Shown here one piece after another: positions 37,715 through 51,100 of a stretch of DNA of 64,000 nt. The first letter of the stretch is position 1. Each line of letters begins with the position of its first letter. The notes beneath the pieces were generated by a model that saw only the letters and a list, made by a program, of their open reading frames with translations, was not told the origin of the DNA and did not search any database. Made by a program: the position numbers and the translations under genes. The stretch comes from Trichosphaerium sp. ATCC 40318 (Eukaryota > Protista > Tubulinea): NCBI GenBank assembly GCA_038496445.1, contig JALMLS010000120.1, forward strand, positions 52,188-116,187, given 5' to 3'.

Positions 37715-39803
37715 GAAAGATAATGGGAACGAAACAAGTTGTACAAAGGTTTGGGGTTTAATAAATTACATTTTAGTTTTCTGTTTTACATTTTTTTTTC
37801 TCGTTTCTGTTACTTGCTGTAACTCAACGTCTGCGTATGACGGCATCTCCGAAATCGTAACATTCGTTGTGTCTCTTATGTCTAATAAAAGGATGCCTCA
37901 ATAGCTCATCTAATGTCGGTGGGTGTTCTTTATCGATGCACTTTTCTACAAAGTCCAAAAGATCAGAATCGGTTTTTGGGTTCATTTCTAACTCTTCAAA
38001 TCGTGTTTGAATTGTCAAGTCAGAGAACATTTTATCGAATATATCAGTTCCTCTTGTTTCATCTGAAGCATTGTCGCATCCAAGAACAAGCTGCATAGTT
38101 ATATTACCAATGTCGAAGAAATCATCTGATTTCCTTCCCGTTAAATCGGTTGCCAGAGGATCCAAAAAAATATCAAAGTCGGAGGAGGTAAAGATATTTT
38201 CTGCCTTTAGATTTAGACCGGCCAAACCCTGTTTATGAAATTTGGCAATACTCATAAGACATTCTCCAATAATAGCAGAATTTGTCGCTGTGTCCACGCA
38301 ACCAAGTTTTTCCACGCTGCATTGTCTATCAATAGCTTTTTCGGCTATTTCGGTGGGTTCTTCTTGTCGTTGCTGAGTTTGCTTGTTTCTGAGCTTGTTA
38401 ATCATCTTTCTTCCAAACTTCGTCAAGGATTTGATAATAGAAGGCATCGTAGGTTTCTAGGGTATGAGGAGGTGTTGCTTCGTCCTTTTAGATATGAGAT
38501 AATGACCAAAATAACCTAAATTTCAACCCTGTACTATTGCAGTTTTTTGTAGAGACGAGCAAATAGTATCTATCGTTTTTTCTCATGCCTTACGCGCGTA
38601 TGGGCCATGTAGGATGAATAATACGATTTGTCATAAATAATGTAACAGGAATAGCGCATAGTATGAATAAACCCAATAAACATCGACCAACGTGCGTATT
38701 TGGACCATTAAACATGTTTCTAGCAGGTTTAAAATTATTTAACAAAAAGTCAGCCCGAAAATGAATATTCCTCTGTGTCTTGGCTTGCATGACCTGATCA
38801 TCCAGCTATGCAAGCGAAAGGTTGAGTTGCAGTTTATTCTGTAGCATTGTCGGTTCTCCGTGCAGTGTTAAGGCTCAATACGCAAACAAAGTGGTTACCT
38901 AGAGTCTATTAAACACAGAAACTCCATAGTCGAAATGAAAACTCTGTAACAACATTACAAACCTCGGTGAGTTGAATCTAGTGATAGAAATCGCATAAAA
39001 CAGCTCAATACACACCCAAGATAAATCGCTAAACTGAGTCAAAAAAGATGCGAAACGACAAAACACAATGAGTACTTGACTATCTTGGTGCTACGTACTT
39101 TCTTTTGACCCATAGAGGTGTGCTTGTACTACTTGTTATAAGTGTAGTCCTTTTCTGCCACTGGTGCTCCATTCCATGTCATTTGTAAAGTGATCAATCG
39201 AATATACGTTATTTCGTTCCAATGAACTCTCTCAATAATCCAGTAGCGTATACAATTACTTTTACTTCGTTTGTGATTGTAAAATTGGAACGCTATTAAA
39301 AAACGTATCCAATGTGCTAAATTGGCGCTGTTTGCTTTGGTTTCGCGTCGTATGCCCTGTAGTAATTTTTAGACAAACGAATCAACTTATTTAAAGTGGG
39401 AGCGCTCTGAACATTGTTTATGAGTCATATTGAACATAATAGAGTTGTTCAGTACCGTTTTAGGGCTATGGAGAGATTTGATGGTTTAGTTTCTTTTTGC
39501 TCTATTTCTAATGGTTGATCAGTTCGCGTCCTGGGGTTATTTTTGTTCTCCAGTAGGTATTTAAACCAATACCTGTTTATCCTCAAATTAGATTAAGCGC
39601 AAAGCTTACCACTATATGTGGTAGTAGTTGTAACGTACGTGGATGGTCATGAGACGAGTTGATGCCGTTTGTTGTTTAGAACAGCTGGTATTTTATCTCT
39701 GGTGGCGACAAAAGCCATAATTGTGTTGTACAATAGCTGTTTCGCGTGTTTTGATCAACACTGACCTAAATTTAGGTGTTGCTTAACATTTTCTTGTTCA
39801 AAA
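37715..39803 (-). repeat. copy B of the ~2.1 kb inverted segmental duplication
   Basis: Reverse complement of 15208-17305 with scattered substitutions and small indels. Confidence 0.95.
37824..38447 (-). CDS. protein-kinase-like (pseudokinase) C-lobe ORF, copy B
   Basis: 207 aa, differing from copy A at two residues (R/Q and A/S). Confidence 0.55.
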   Translation of the reverse strand: MPSIIKSLTKFGRKMINKLRNKQTQQRQEEPTEIAEKAIDRQCSVEKLGCVDTATNSAIIGECLMSIAKFHKQGLAGLNLKAENIFTSSDFDIFLDPLATDLTGRKSDDFFDIGNITMQLVLGCDNASDETRGTDIFDKMFSDLTIQTRFEELEMNPKTDSDLLDFVEKCIDKEHPPTLDELLRHPFIRHKRHNECYDFGDAVIRRR

Positions 39804-40089
39804 TATGTACGTTGTTGCAATCTTGTGGCATAATCTATTAAACACTGCAAGGGCTTGTCCTAGGTAGTTGTCTTGTTATTCGCACTTTTTTCGTGGCCTT
39901 AGTACAAAAAAGGCCTTGTTGTCTATTTACACGGTAGTACAGTTGGGTACAACTCTTGGATATGAAGGGTGCAAGTATTACACTGGTGTTATTTATTCTT
40001 TACACTAAAGGAATAGGTACCCAGTTCGATAGACCACAGCCCAACAAAATGTCAAAAAAGCCGACAAGAAAAGGGTCAAAACCCAGTCA

Positions 40090-41633
40090 TTAACTCGTTA
40101 TTCGTAACAAAAAAATAAATTACGCGTAACAAATTTTAATAAAAACCCCTGTTGACTATGACAACATTAATACCACTACATTTGTTACCTATTCCAATAG
40201 TTTAAAAGTCGCTTCACGCAAAATAAAACGCAAACCGTTACACAATCATGAAATCGCGTAAACGCCGTGCTGCTACGCGTCAATTACTGCTTGAAGGTGT
40301 CAGCTGGACGCAGGAGCAGGTGATAGCCTAAAATCGCTAAAATATCGCGCACTCAGACATAAAACAATCTAAAAGCCAACAGGAAGAGACAAATGCAAAC
40401 GACAGAGCAGATTGAAAGCTAAACAAAGTTATTGATGAAGGTTGGCGAGTTTTGACACATGAGCAAATTTTCCTTACCCGAAATTGAGCATGTCTCTAAA
40501 CCCAGTAGCAAAACTGGGAGTTCCAATACAATGCAAAGACAGTGTTTGAGTGGTTGGTAATAAGTCAGAGTTAATTGATAGACTTTTAAAGGCACGTGAT
40601 CCTACTTTTGAAAACAGCTTTAATATCCATATTAAGCTAGTTTTTGGGGCTGTTCAGCTGTCATACATTCATTTTATACAACTCACTTTGATGTTGTTGA
40701 TCATGCTAATCAAACTAAATGGAGTACTTCAATGCCTGGGCAGTGTATAGAGCAAAACTATCGAATGATTATGGGAATTATGAATATGACAATGACATCC
40801 CTGTAGCCATCACAGATTACAATATAGTATCCAAGTGTCCTGATCATAATCAAATACATCTTGTACTTGCAAAGGCCTTGTGTTATGGTGACGTTTTATA
40901 ATTCTGAATAAATTGTATTTTTTTTTTGTTGGACACTCAAAAAACAATCCGAAAAATGCTATCACCAATAGGTACCTTTAAAAAAGATGGTGTTAGTTGA
41001 AGGAGATGCTGTATTTCAGACGATCAAATGATCAATATTGACTAAGTGCACAATATTAGCATAAAAATGAATAGTTACAAACACACAAAAGATACAAAAA
41101 ACCATTTTCTGAACCTGTTTGTAGCTAACTGTAACAAACCTTTTACACCTAGAACTCATATATAAGCAATATAAAGACGCTAGAAAGTGAAATTACTAAA
41201 AAATTTATTCAAGAGTCTGTGTAGTACATGCTACAACTTTGCAAAAATAAAAAAAAACAATCTCAACAATTTTTGAGGTGTCTGTCAATTCTGCCATTAC
41301 ACTAAAAAACTTCAAGTTTAATGAGGTTTGTTTAATACCATTCTATTTTATGTGTTGTATATATAAACAACAATGCTTGGACAAAAGATGGAATATTATT
41401 GCAAACTTTGTAACAAATACCGAAAAAACCCACTAAAATTGGAATCAGTCAGCTGACTTTGCTGGCTTGTTCACAAATTCCATGATCGCATCAAAGTATA
41501 TCCTGCACTTGTAGGCATGATTAAAACGTATATGGCGTTTCTCAAAAAAAAATAGAACAAGGACACTGAGTCACTTGACCAGGAAAAATTTGTTACGTGT
41601 AACTTTTTTTTTTGTTACGCGTAATGAGATTAA
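40090..41633 (+). mobile_element. degenerate piggyBac-like DNA transposon relic
   Basis: TTAA at 40090-40093 and 41630-41633. Imperfect ~45 bp TIRs: ctcgttattcgtaacaaaaaaataaattacgcgtaacaaattt versus the right-end reverse complement tctcattacgcgtaacaaaaaaaaaagttacacgtaacaaattt. Internal broken frames contain SAP-like VGNKSELIDRLL and Cys-rich YYCKLCNK. Confidence 0.6.
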
Positions 41634-41797
41634 ATAGTTAACGTGTTCATCGTTCACGACCATAGGCCCGTGTGTAAACTATGTGTTTATTTTTCAACAA
41701 AGCCAAAATACTTGGTTTAGGATAGATGATCATGATAGGCATCTATTGATGGTACAAATACAAAAAAAAAATGGGATGTGCTCTAGTAAACTCATTA

Positions 41798-43045
41798 GGC
41801 CTAGTAACTGGAAAAATTAGGACTAGTACAATTTTCGTTCACACCGTGTGAAGTTGCGTTAATTTCAATAGAGCCCTTATTGTCAGGTTACAATCTAGTG
41901 CGTTTATAATATGCTATATATAGTGCAGGCGACCAACACATCATTCTCACGGATGCAATCACAAATTGTAAGTGTACTGGTCAAACTCAAGTTTAGTAAA
42001 TGCAACATAGCAGGATGCTCGTCAGTTTGAATCCCATAGAAGGAGTTGGTTCGCCAACAAAATCAAGTAACATTGTTAAGAGACATAACGTTATCATGGT
42101 AAAGTATGTGGAGAATAGGTTTGTCACTCATTGGAGTGCCAAAAAAAATACTAGGTTGAGACACATATTAACTGAATTGAAACACGTTCATACATCTGTA
42201 AGTCTCTGGGCGAGTACATTTAATTTAATATTGCTTTTTAGAAGTATGCTAATACAATGACTTGCATCAAAGGGTTTTCAGTGCTTTTCGATTTTCTTGG
42301 GCCAGGTGAGTGGCCTTTTACAACTTTTTGGATGGCTCAAATTGCACAGCCGCTACTTACCTTCAGAATTGTTCTCTTCGGTTTTATTATGTCAATTGAG
42401 GTGTTCAGTAAGGACTAATGGATAACAGTAATTGCTGTTAATTATTGATTTGCCAATACTTTTTTTTTACTGTAGACTATCTTCGATGCAATGAAATTCT
42501 GTGATTTATTGAAACAATTATTTTTGATTCTGAACTACACATGTATGCTTCCTGTGCTTCAATGATGAAGCCAATAAATGCGCTGGTACAAAATCACCTA
42601 GCTCCAGGATATATGTTACATTGTTACCAACACCTTTACTAGGACAGTTCAGCTTGACAAATGATGTAAAAGTTTTCACGTGACAAACTTCTTTAAAGAA
42701 GGTGAATTTGAAAAATCTTACTGATAGTTCTGGATTGGCACGGTTACAGCCATATCTAAGAACCCCCACCCAATAACTCTGAACTTGAGTACTTTTTGCC
42801 TTGCAAGATACCACCACACCTTTAGTTTGTGTTGAATGTTATGTACATCGCTTATTTTTTGTGTGTTAATCGATGCACGTGTTGAACTGGCGTTTTTCGT
42901 CTTTTGTGGGCTTTTTCTTATGGTTTGTCAAACGAGCCTCTTAGCATGTCTATCATATGTGCGAGATGCGTTTCCGAGTATTTTTGAGCTGTTTTGACCA
43001 AGTTTTACAAGGGTTACTAGTCCTAATTTTTTTTTTTACTAGCCC
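41798..43045 (+). mobile_element. degenerate TIR element with Tc1/mariner/IS630-like transposase remnant
   Basis: Imperfect ~32 bp TIRs: ggcctagtaactggaaaaattaggactagta versus the right-end reverse complement gggctagtaaaaaaaaaaaattaggactagta. LNPIE motif at 42027-42041. Confidence 0.45.
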
Positions 43046-43138
43046 GAACGAAGTAAATCCAGCAGGATAGTGCAGCAGGCAGGTATTTAAAATGTTTGAG
43101 TGAACACAGATTGGTTTTAAATTATGGTTTTTTTTCTG

Positions 43139-44895
43139 CTACATAGAGATAGTTACCAAAAAAATCCATACGAGGAAAACATAATATACGCCATGAAATC
43201 CGTTGGCACTACAAGTCAAGCTGGTCAATTCAAGTATTTGAAATATTCCCTGGTTTGTTGTTTTTTCCTCAACACACTGTCCGTTTGACACTAGCGCTGG
43301 TGGTGAAACGCTTTCACAGTCTTTGAGTTGTTTGATAGTCAGCATAGACTCCTACTTTGACGGTTAGTACATTCAGATTGTTACAATAAACTTTCCTCAA
43401 CACTCATCCAATCTATTGAAAAGCTTCCACTGATGCACCCTCGTACTTCCCACGTGGTGGAATCTTTGTCAATAACAAGGGTTATAGTATCAAAAGTTAC
43501 GTTACCTGTAAGCTGTCAAAAAGAACAAATGTCATTGTTATGTACCGTTTATCCTATAGTCAACTGAAAGAATTATAGAGTCTTCAGTTGGGTTAAAATC
43601 ACCTTCAAGATGTTAATAGAAAGATAATCATTATTAGTGTACCATTGATGATTGTAACGCCTGTCACTGGAGGTTCCATTACTACTATACTCATTTCACA
43701 TATTGCTTTGTCTATCGTCCCGTTGATGCAGAACATACTGCGTAAGTCACCAGAATTGTTGCCAAGTTGAAACCTGCAAAACAATTATTACATTCTCACC
43801 TGACTCACGTTAATTATACACTGCGCAACTATGAGTTAGTAAAGGGTTTGACCCTTTCCATTGTAATTCTAGATCTCCCTTTGGGTTTACTGTTCCATTA
43901 GATTGGTGATCGAAAACCTACTATGACTATAAATTTTGAAACCGTTTGTTTCTCTGTTTTATACCCATTCAAAGCCTGCCATTCCGTCAGATACTAGTCC
44001 TACCCAGTATGGTACATCAAATTCCGTCAGGTTTTTAAGAAACACATTTTCAGCAGTTGTGGAGATTGTTGCAAGAAATCCACCCTTCTTGATGCACGCG
44101 ACTACCCAATTATTATTAAGAAATTATTACAAAAGATTACTTACCCTGTGCTTCCACCCATGTCTGCCCTTGCCCAGAAAATGGTTCAATAACCTCGTAA
44201 CAGTGATTGTGGCCGTCTAAAGCACAGTCCATTAATACGATAGTGTCACACATTGTTACTGTACCAAATGTGAAAAATTGCTCATCTTTAGTACATGAAG
44301 TTTCACGCTTCCTTGAGACACACCTTGGTACATCTTCTGTATCGTTACTTGGTCGTTCACAAACATAAAAAGGGGTGATATCTTGAGCATTCATAATGAC
44401 CTAGTAATTAGTAAACAATCAACATATGGAGCATGTCCATATAGAGTTGTACACCATTTTGTATTGTCATATTTTTTTCGTAGTTTGGCTCATTGTTTAT
44501 GAGTGTAGGTATTATTGATTCGTTTGTAGAGCCCCACTTACCCTCTCCATTGATATTCAAGTGAAGTGGCTTTTGTATTGTTAGTTACTCTGTATTGCGC
44601 TGGACTAACACGTACAGGGAATAGAGATACTATCGCTGCTTCCACAAGATCTTCAATAGCGAGCGTCACGCCTGTCCATTTTGAATCGGGTATTTTCGTT
44701 GTATTTTGAGTTGGTACCTTGTTTTTGGCATAGATTTAGGCGTTGTGTCGTGTTGTAAAGGTCATAAGTAGTACCACTCCAAGTGCAGGAGCGTTGTAGT
44801 TTGCTATGTATTGTTTGGAAGCATGTAAAGCATATTACAGCTAGTATCAGAGCTTGCAAGCTTGTCAATGCGAAAACGGTTCTTGAACGTGTCAT
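43139..44895 (-). CDS. secreted/anchored C-type lectin-domain protein (multi-exon)
   Basis: Signal peptide MTRSRTVFALTSLQALILAVICF. CTLD motifs NHCYEVI..TWVEAQ..CIKKGGFLATISTTAENVFL..YWVGL..FEWV. Hydrophobic C-terminus YYVFLVWIFLVTISM. Confidence 0.75.
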
Positions 44896-45194
44896 CACGT
44901 GATAACCTTGTAACTCCACTTAGTGCAATGTGGGCTGTAAATACAATTTATCTTTGTCTTAGCGCCGAAGTGAAAACTGGAGAAAATTTGCTTAGTACGT
45001 TTTTTCGCCACACTTTCACTATTTTTGGCTACTGGTGCCCAGGTACGCTTGCGACATGAATAAATACCCTATTGGGACTAGAAAGGAGCAGTTTGGGTTT
45101 AGCAGTTAAGTCAACGCGACAAGCGATTTTTGCTTCGTTTAACCAAACTTCACAAAACAAAAACCTCAACCTCCAACTTGTTACAAAGTGCTCC

Positions 45195-48100
45195 ATGGGC
45201 AACACAAGTTGTAGATTGGGGTTCGAGGACGTTCTAAACAATGTTTTCGACAAGGAGTATGTAGAAAAAAAATATGAACAGATAACAGACACACAATTCA
45301 AAGATATAGACATGGGAAGCGAAGGGAGCGATGCAGAGTATATTCGTTTATTATTTGAACAGATCACTTCTATCGATAAAAAGACCATTGTTGAGAAGCA
45401 GTTACAACTGTTATCGCACGTAGAGGTGCGCGGTCGTTTCTACAGTTGATTCTGCGAAGCAATTCCACTTGACAAGCAGAAGATTTACAATTATTTTTTT
45501 TACCTGCCCTTTTTTGCCGTTTGCGTCTGTGCTATACGCTCACTAGCTTTTTGTTAGACTAAAGAGCCTCGTTCTGCGCGAGCTGCCAAACGTTTTGAGC
45601 GGTACAATGATGAACCGATCAAAGTGGACTCAAGACTCTTCTTTCCGTTATTACAGTGGTCCTACAAACACAATAAACCGTTATGTGGCCTTTTACTTGA
45701 TCATCCAATCATAAAACGTACGCCACGTTTCACGCGTATTTTGCGCGCCGCTAAAATATTATATTAAAGATGCCATGCATTCTGGAGATGATGCGGGTGA
45801 TGATAATGAGGATAAACAAAATAAAAATGAAAAGCAGGAAGAAAAGCCTCAAGCAACGATGTCAGATAAGATAAATGCGATAGAAAACAATCTTGCTAAA
45901 AAAGGTGCGCGTTTTTAAACCGACGGCTTTGGCAATGTCATTAATCGTCCCACAGGTCTCTCTACAATGTTAAACAGCGTTGAAAAAGAACAAGCGATTG
46001 TTGGTATGCTAGATTACATAAAAACAAGGTATGTAGGGTATTTGAGGGCTCCTAAACCAAAAAATAACAGAAAACGAATTCGTGGTTGGCAATGTAGCGT
46101 TTTATTATTATTTTTTCAACGTCATTTTGATATCTTTTAATAGAGGGTCTTTGCGTGACCTGTTGATGGTTTTTATGGCTCTTATGCCATCTCAAGAGAA
46201 CCAAGACAAAACACAGAGTTTTGACATGGTTGGTCCTGCTCTAGTGGAGCTTCAGCAGCTGTCTTTCATTGAAGAGAAAGGTACCATGCGCGAACATTTT
46301 TTTTACTATTTTAGTTTGAATTTTTTGTCTGGCTGTAGGCCAACAAATACGTAATTCTATGTGCCTACTATATGGCTATACATGTGCTATATTTTATAGG
46401 CGTTTCTAACTCAGAATAGAGAAGGAAGCACCAGCGCCACCTCCTTTCAATGAAGCGCGTCAAATTCAAGCTATGCAGCTCTTGGGTATCACCAATTGTG
46501 AAATAGATGTCTGTATGAAAGCCCTAGAAATGGCTAATGATGACATTAATGTTGCCATCAATTTTTTGTTTGATGACGCCGATAGGTAAGCACTCTTTTT
46601 TAGCATGAACAAACAAACTAAAATTGTAAAGGATTCAACAACGTATTGCCTCCGATCAAGCAAAAAAAGAAAAACTAGAAAAACGCATTGCCGAAGAGAG
46701 AGTACGCCGCAAGGAGGCTGTAACAATAGCCAAAAGTGAAAACAAAACAAAGGAGCTCCGTTATGCAACTTTCTTTGCCAAAGCTTGTCTTCCATTTAGC
46801 TTGCCTAAAGAACTTAAAGACATGACCATTGAAGGGGCTGTATTATTGCTCTTTGGAAACCTAGACAAGCTTTTAGTAGAGAGTAAATGCTCTCTAAAGC
46901 TTAAAAATGCTGCAACATTCTTAGTCGCTGACTATGATCCTCTCTCTCTTGCCATTCTTGGTCATATCATAGAAAGGTATACGAAGAGTGAGTTTCACGG
47001 AAATGAAGCATTTCGTGGATACTTGCTAGTGCTCAGCTTGAAATTATTGAAAGAGAACATTACCCACTTTGTAGCAGCAAAAGGTGATCATTTTGCTCAA
47101 AATAATTGTTCAATGTTAGTTGTTAACATAATATTATTAGAATTGCGTGCAGTATCTGAACAACTATGTAAACAGGTCACTGGACTTATCAATAACATTG
47201 ATACGTTGTCAGGAGGTCTAACAATGATCAAGGATCTAACCTTTCAAATGGTACAAAAATGACGTTCAATTTCTTTTGTCTTACAGTTACTTCAGGCACT
47301 TGATTGTTGGTCTGCTGGTGTTGAAGCATTTTATTGTGATGCGACATCGCGCATTGCTCTAATTAAAGAGTTAATCAGTCAAGACATCCATAGCAAGACA
47401 TCACAGGTTTGCGATTTTCGTCTTTTTTGTGATAGCGAACTAAATCCCATAGGCTAAATTAAGACCTGTGGTTGAGTGCCTACACAATGACCCATATTTC
47501 TTGCATAATTTCGACGATCCTATGGAGTTAATGTCTTTGGCTGAAGATATTTTTCGCGTAATAAGCCAGGAGTCACAAAAATCGCTGGAGCAATTTAAAT
47601 CAGAATCGGAGGAGAGTTTGCGAAATTCTGGCGTGTTTTTGTTCGGTAAATCATCAGGTGAAGTCCCAAAATCTGAACCGGACAAAGCTGCTACTCCACT
47701 TCAACCGTTTACTTTTGGATCATCTCAAGACGTGCCCTCACCCCCACCTCCACCAGCGTTTGGCACCAAAAACCCAAAACCACTGAGATCTTCTCTAAAT
47801 AGCTCTGGGTAAAAGCTAATAATATTTTCCTGTTTTTTTCTTACTCTTCTTTAGAGGTTCAGAGCCATTCAGATTTTATCCGCTTGTTGATGGAGTAACT
47901 AAGGTAATAATACGAGGGTTTGGGGTTTTTTAAAGACTAAAACTGGTCCTAGAAACCGAAATTGTATAAGCCAAAAGTGTCTCGTTCCACAGCCTCTCAA
48001 ATTCACCAAATCGTGCTCTATATGCAAGAAAGTCTTGTTGCAGCAGCCCTGAGAGATCCTTCGTTTAGAGAAGTGTGCGTTAAGTATTCTAAACTTGCTA

Positions 48101-51100
48101 TACGCATGGTACGGGCCAATTACACATGATTCTTACATTGTTAACTTGTGCACAAGGCCATTACTTCATTAGAAGTAGTTATGAAGGTGGAAAAATCAAA
48201 GGAAGCGAAACAAGCCTTTTTGAGATCAACTGTCGTGCGACTCACGCTACCATACCTTGTACTTGGCTTATCGCTTTTCTCGCATGAATTGTTATTCTCT
48301 TTTGGGTTCGTTACACTTTATATTTATTTATCAGGTCTCATTCCGTATGTAGAGAAGATCTGTTGCAGCTTGTATCAGAGCTAGCTACACTTGTGAGCAC
48401 TTTTATTGGTCCTGAACAAATTGGCGGTGAAGTAGACGCAGCGACATCGTGGCTTTATGACTTTGCTGATTCATTGGCGTATCTTAGCGGAAAAATCGCT
48501 TTAGGGTTTGTATTAGGAGAAAAAAGTGAGTCTCCTTCTCCCAAAGAAGAAGAACTTCTGCGCTCAAAAGTATGCTATTTTATTATTTGCTACCAGCTAA
48601 GGAACGACTAGATAATGCGTGGTGGTATATTAGAGCAACCACGTCTTAATGGAGATGAAGTGCTGTTTGTTAAGCAGTTTTCTGAAGGGAGCGATGAAAT
48701 CAAGCCTCTCGAAGAATGGCTGAATAAAGCAGCAGCTATGAAGCTACCACTGGCTTCAGAAGAAGCCAAAAACTGGGTTTCCAAAGCTGTGAGACAATCT
48801 GTACTAGCGTTATTGTATCACCACAACTTGCTATCTCCGATGGTTGAGCATGCCGGCAAAGTCAATGAAACTGCTTTGCAGTGGCTTGGTGCGTTTTATT
48901 TCAAGTTTACTCAAATTCTTATCCTTTTTGTTAGTTCCTGTTTGGAAGTCGGTGTTCCAACGCATCGGCACACATGTCATTCGTCTTAGACACACGAAAC
49001 TTGGCGCTCAAGATGAAGAAGGAGCTGCATATTCGAATCTATGTGGAAGAATCATAAGTGATGCTAAATTTATGATGCGATTCCCACCAGGTATGATAGC
49101 TAATAGAACCTTCTTTTCCTGGTTAACTTTTTTGGATAGTTTGCGAAGAACCCCAAAAGGATAAGCTCCTGGAATCTGAGTATTCGCAGTTCCTGCTTAC
49201 CTTTGTTATTTCTGTGGATGTCAGTAACGTATGATAATAACATTTTTCTTGTTACACAGAGATTAAAGGTTTGTAGGATGTTTTACTAAAATGGGTGACA
49301 CAAAGGACAAGTAAAGTCACCACTAGATTGACGGGTTTATCAATGTTTGCTAAACTGATGACTCTTTGGAAAACACCAACTGTTCTTGAACATGTACGTC
49401 ACCATGTATACAAGCTTTGATAACAGTATGTTGTAGGTATTAAAGAACTTTGCCGGGTGCTTCAAGAACGAACATTATCTCGCTAAATGCGAAGGTGCAC
49501 CATCCAAGATACTTGAAGATACACGTTTAGCATGGCGTCAACTATACATTGCCATATCTAAGCAGCTAAAAGTACGTCTAACACAATAACAAACCGAATT
49601 TTTTTATATCGCTGACATTCTACAAAAAAGGTGCAAACTAATCTCGATTACTTGCTCGTACTTGTCAAGTGTTGGGCAGTGCGCATAGCAGAGGCTGAAG
49701 ATGTTTCCTTTTTCAATAGAGTTGGCATCTTTGATCTACTCCAAAAAGTGCTTGTTCAGTTTCAAGAACAGTCTAAACTAGCTACATCTGGTACTGTTTA
49801 CAGATTTTCCAGAGGTGATTTGATAAGAAGCAATAATGAAGAGAAAAAATCATGCTACAGCGCAGCAGTCAAAGTTTTCAGATTATTGGCAACACAAGTT
49901 GCCAAAACAACTTTTGCTTCTTCTCTTCGCTTTGATAAGACAATGTTTGACTTGCTATTATCTGAAATGAACAGAAGTTTACCTGGAATGATGTATACAG
50001 CTCCTTTGTTTAAAGAAACATCAGATTGTCAGCAACTTTTGAGTAGAACTCATAGATTCTATGCTAACTACCCCGGATTAGCCATTTACAATGTAAGTAT
50101 CCTTTGGTATTTTAGCAGTTGTTAACACATGTAGGTCATCTCCTCGGCTACAGATGATAACCCTATACCAACAGATGAGACGTTCACTGTCTCTTTGTGG
50201 GTTTATCATACAGACTCTGACACATCTTATGACAAGTGTATATTCTTCCGTGGTGTTGCTGACAACTACTGTGCACTTACTATAAATACTTCAAGCTTGT
50301 TGTTGTTTACCCACTTATCGGACAATGGCGATACTCAAAAGATCCAGTCAAGGGTACGCCGTTGAGAGTCAGTTACTAAACAAACCTCATGTCTAACATT
50401 GTGCCGCAGTCTGTTATTGGGTTGAACAAGTGGACACACATTGCATGTACTGTCAATGATAAGGTCATGACAATGTATGTTGATGGCATTCAAGAACGTA
50501 CCCTCACAACGAAAGAAAAAGCAAAGGTTCGAAATACTCTTCTTCTATCTTCTCTCCTTACACCTCAAAAGGTTATTTCAGCAGCGCACCCATTTTACAT
50601 TGGTAAAATGAGAAAAGCTGTAATGAGCAAATGGTCACTTGGTATGAACGGCATGCTCAACGATATGAGATACATGACACGGTTAGCATGTTTTGACGGT
50701 GTCAAATACTTATTTTGTTGTAGGTCCATATCTGGTGATGAAGTCGCACTCTTATACAAGGGTGGTCCGTGTATTGAGCGGGCTGACGATTATTGTTATC
50801 AATTAGTGTCTGTATTGAAAGCTGTATCGAATACGGATATAGGAAAAGCTGAACTTGTCTCTGAGGCTGCTGTATCACTCATTCTGAAGACAATTGATGC
50901 AGGCACCTTTAGAGGTTCGTTTGATCCCTCAGCATTAAATTTTTAACTTGTTGTTTTATAGTGTGTTCTGTGGCGTACAAATTACTCCAGACCATTCTAC
51001 CTAACTTCAAACCTACCAAAAGTTTGACAGCAGAGCGAGTAGTAAAGACACTAGTCAACAGTGCTATTCATACTCTTAATGCTGATAAGCACAGAGGAAG

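Noticed and set aside
15208-39803. Polinton/Maverick or endogenous virus bounded by long TIRs
   Set aside because: The interior holds intron-rich host genes (RBM17, HTTM, Sel1). No polymerase, integrase, capsid or packaging ATPase is visible.
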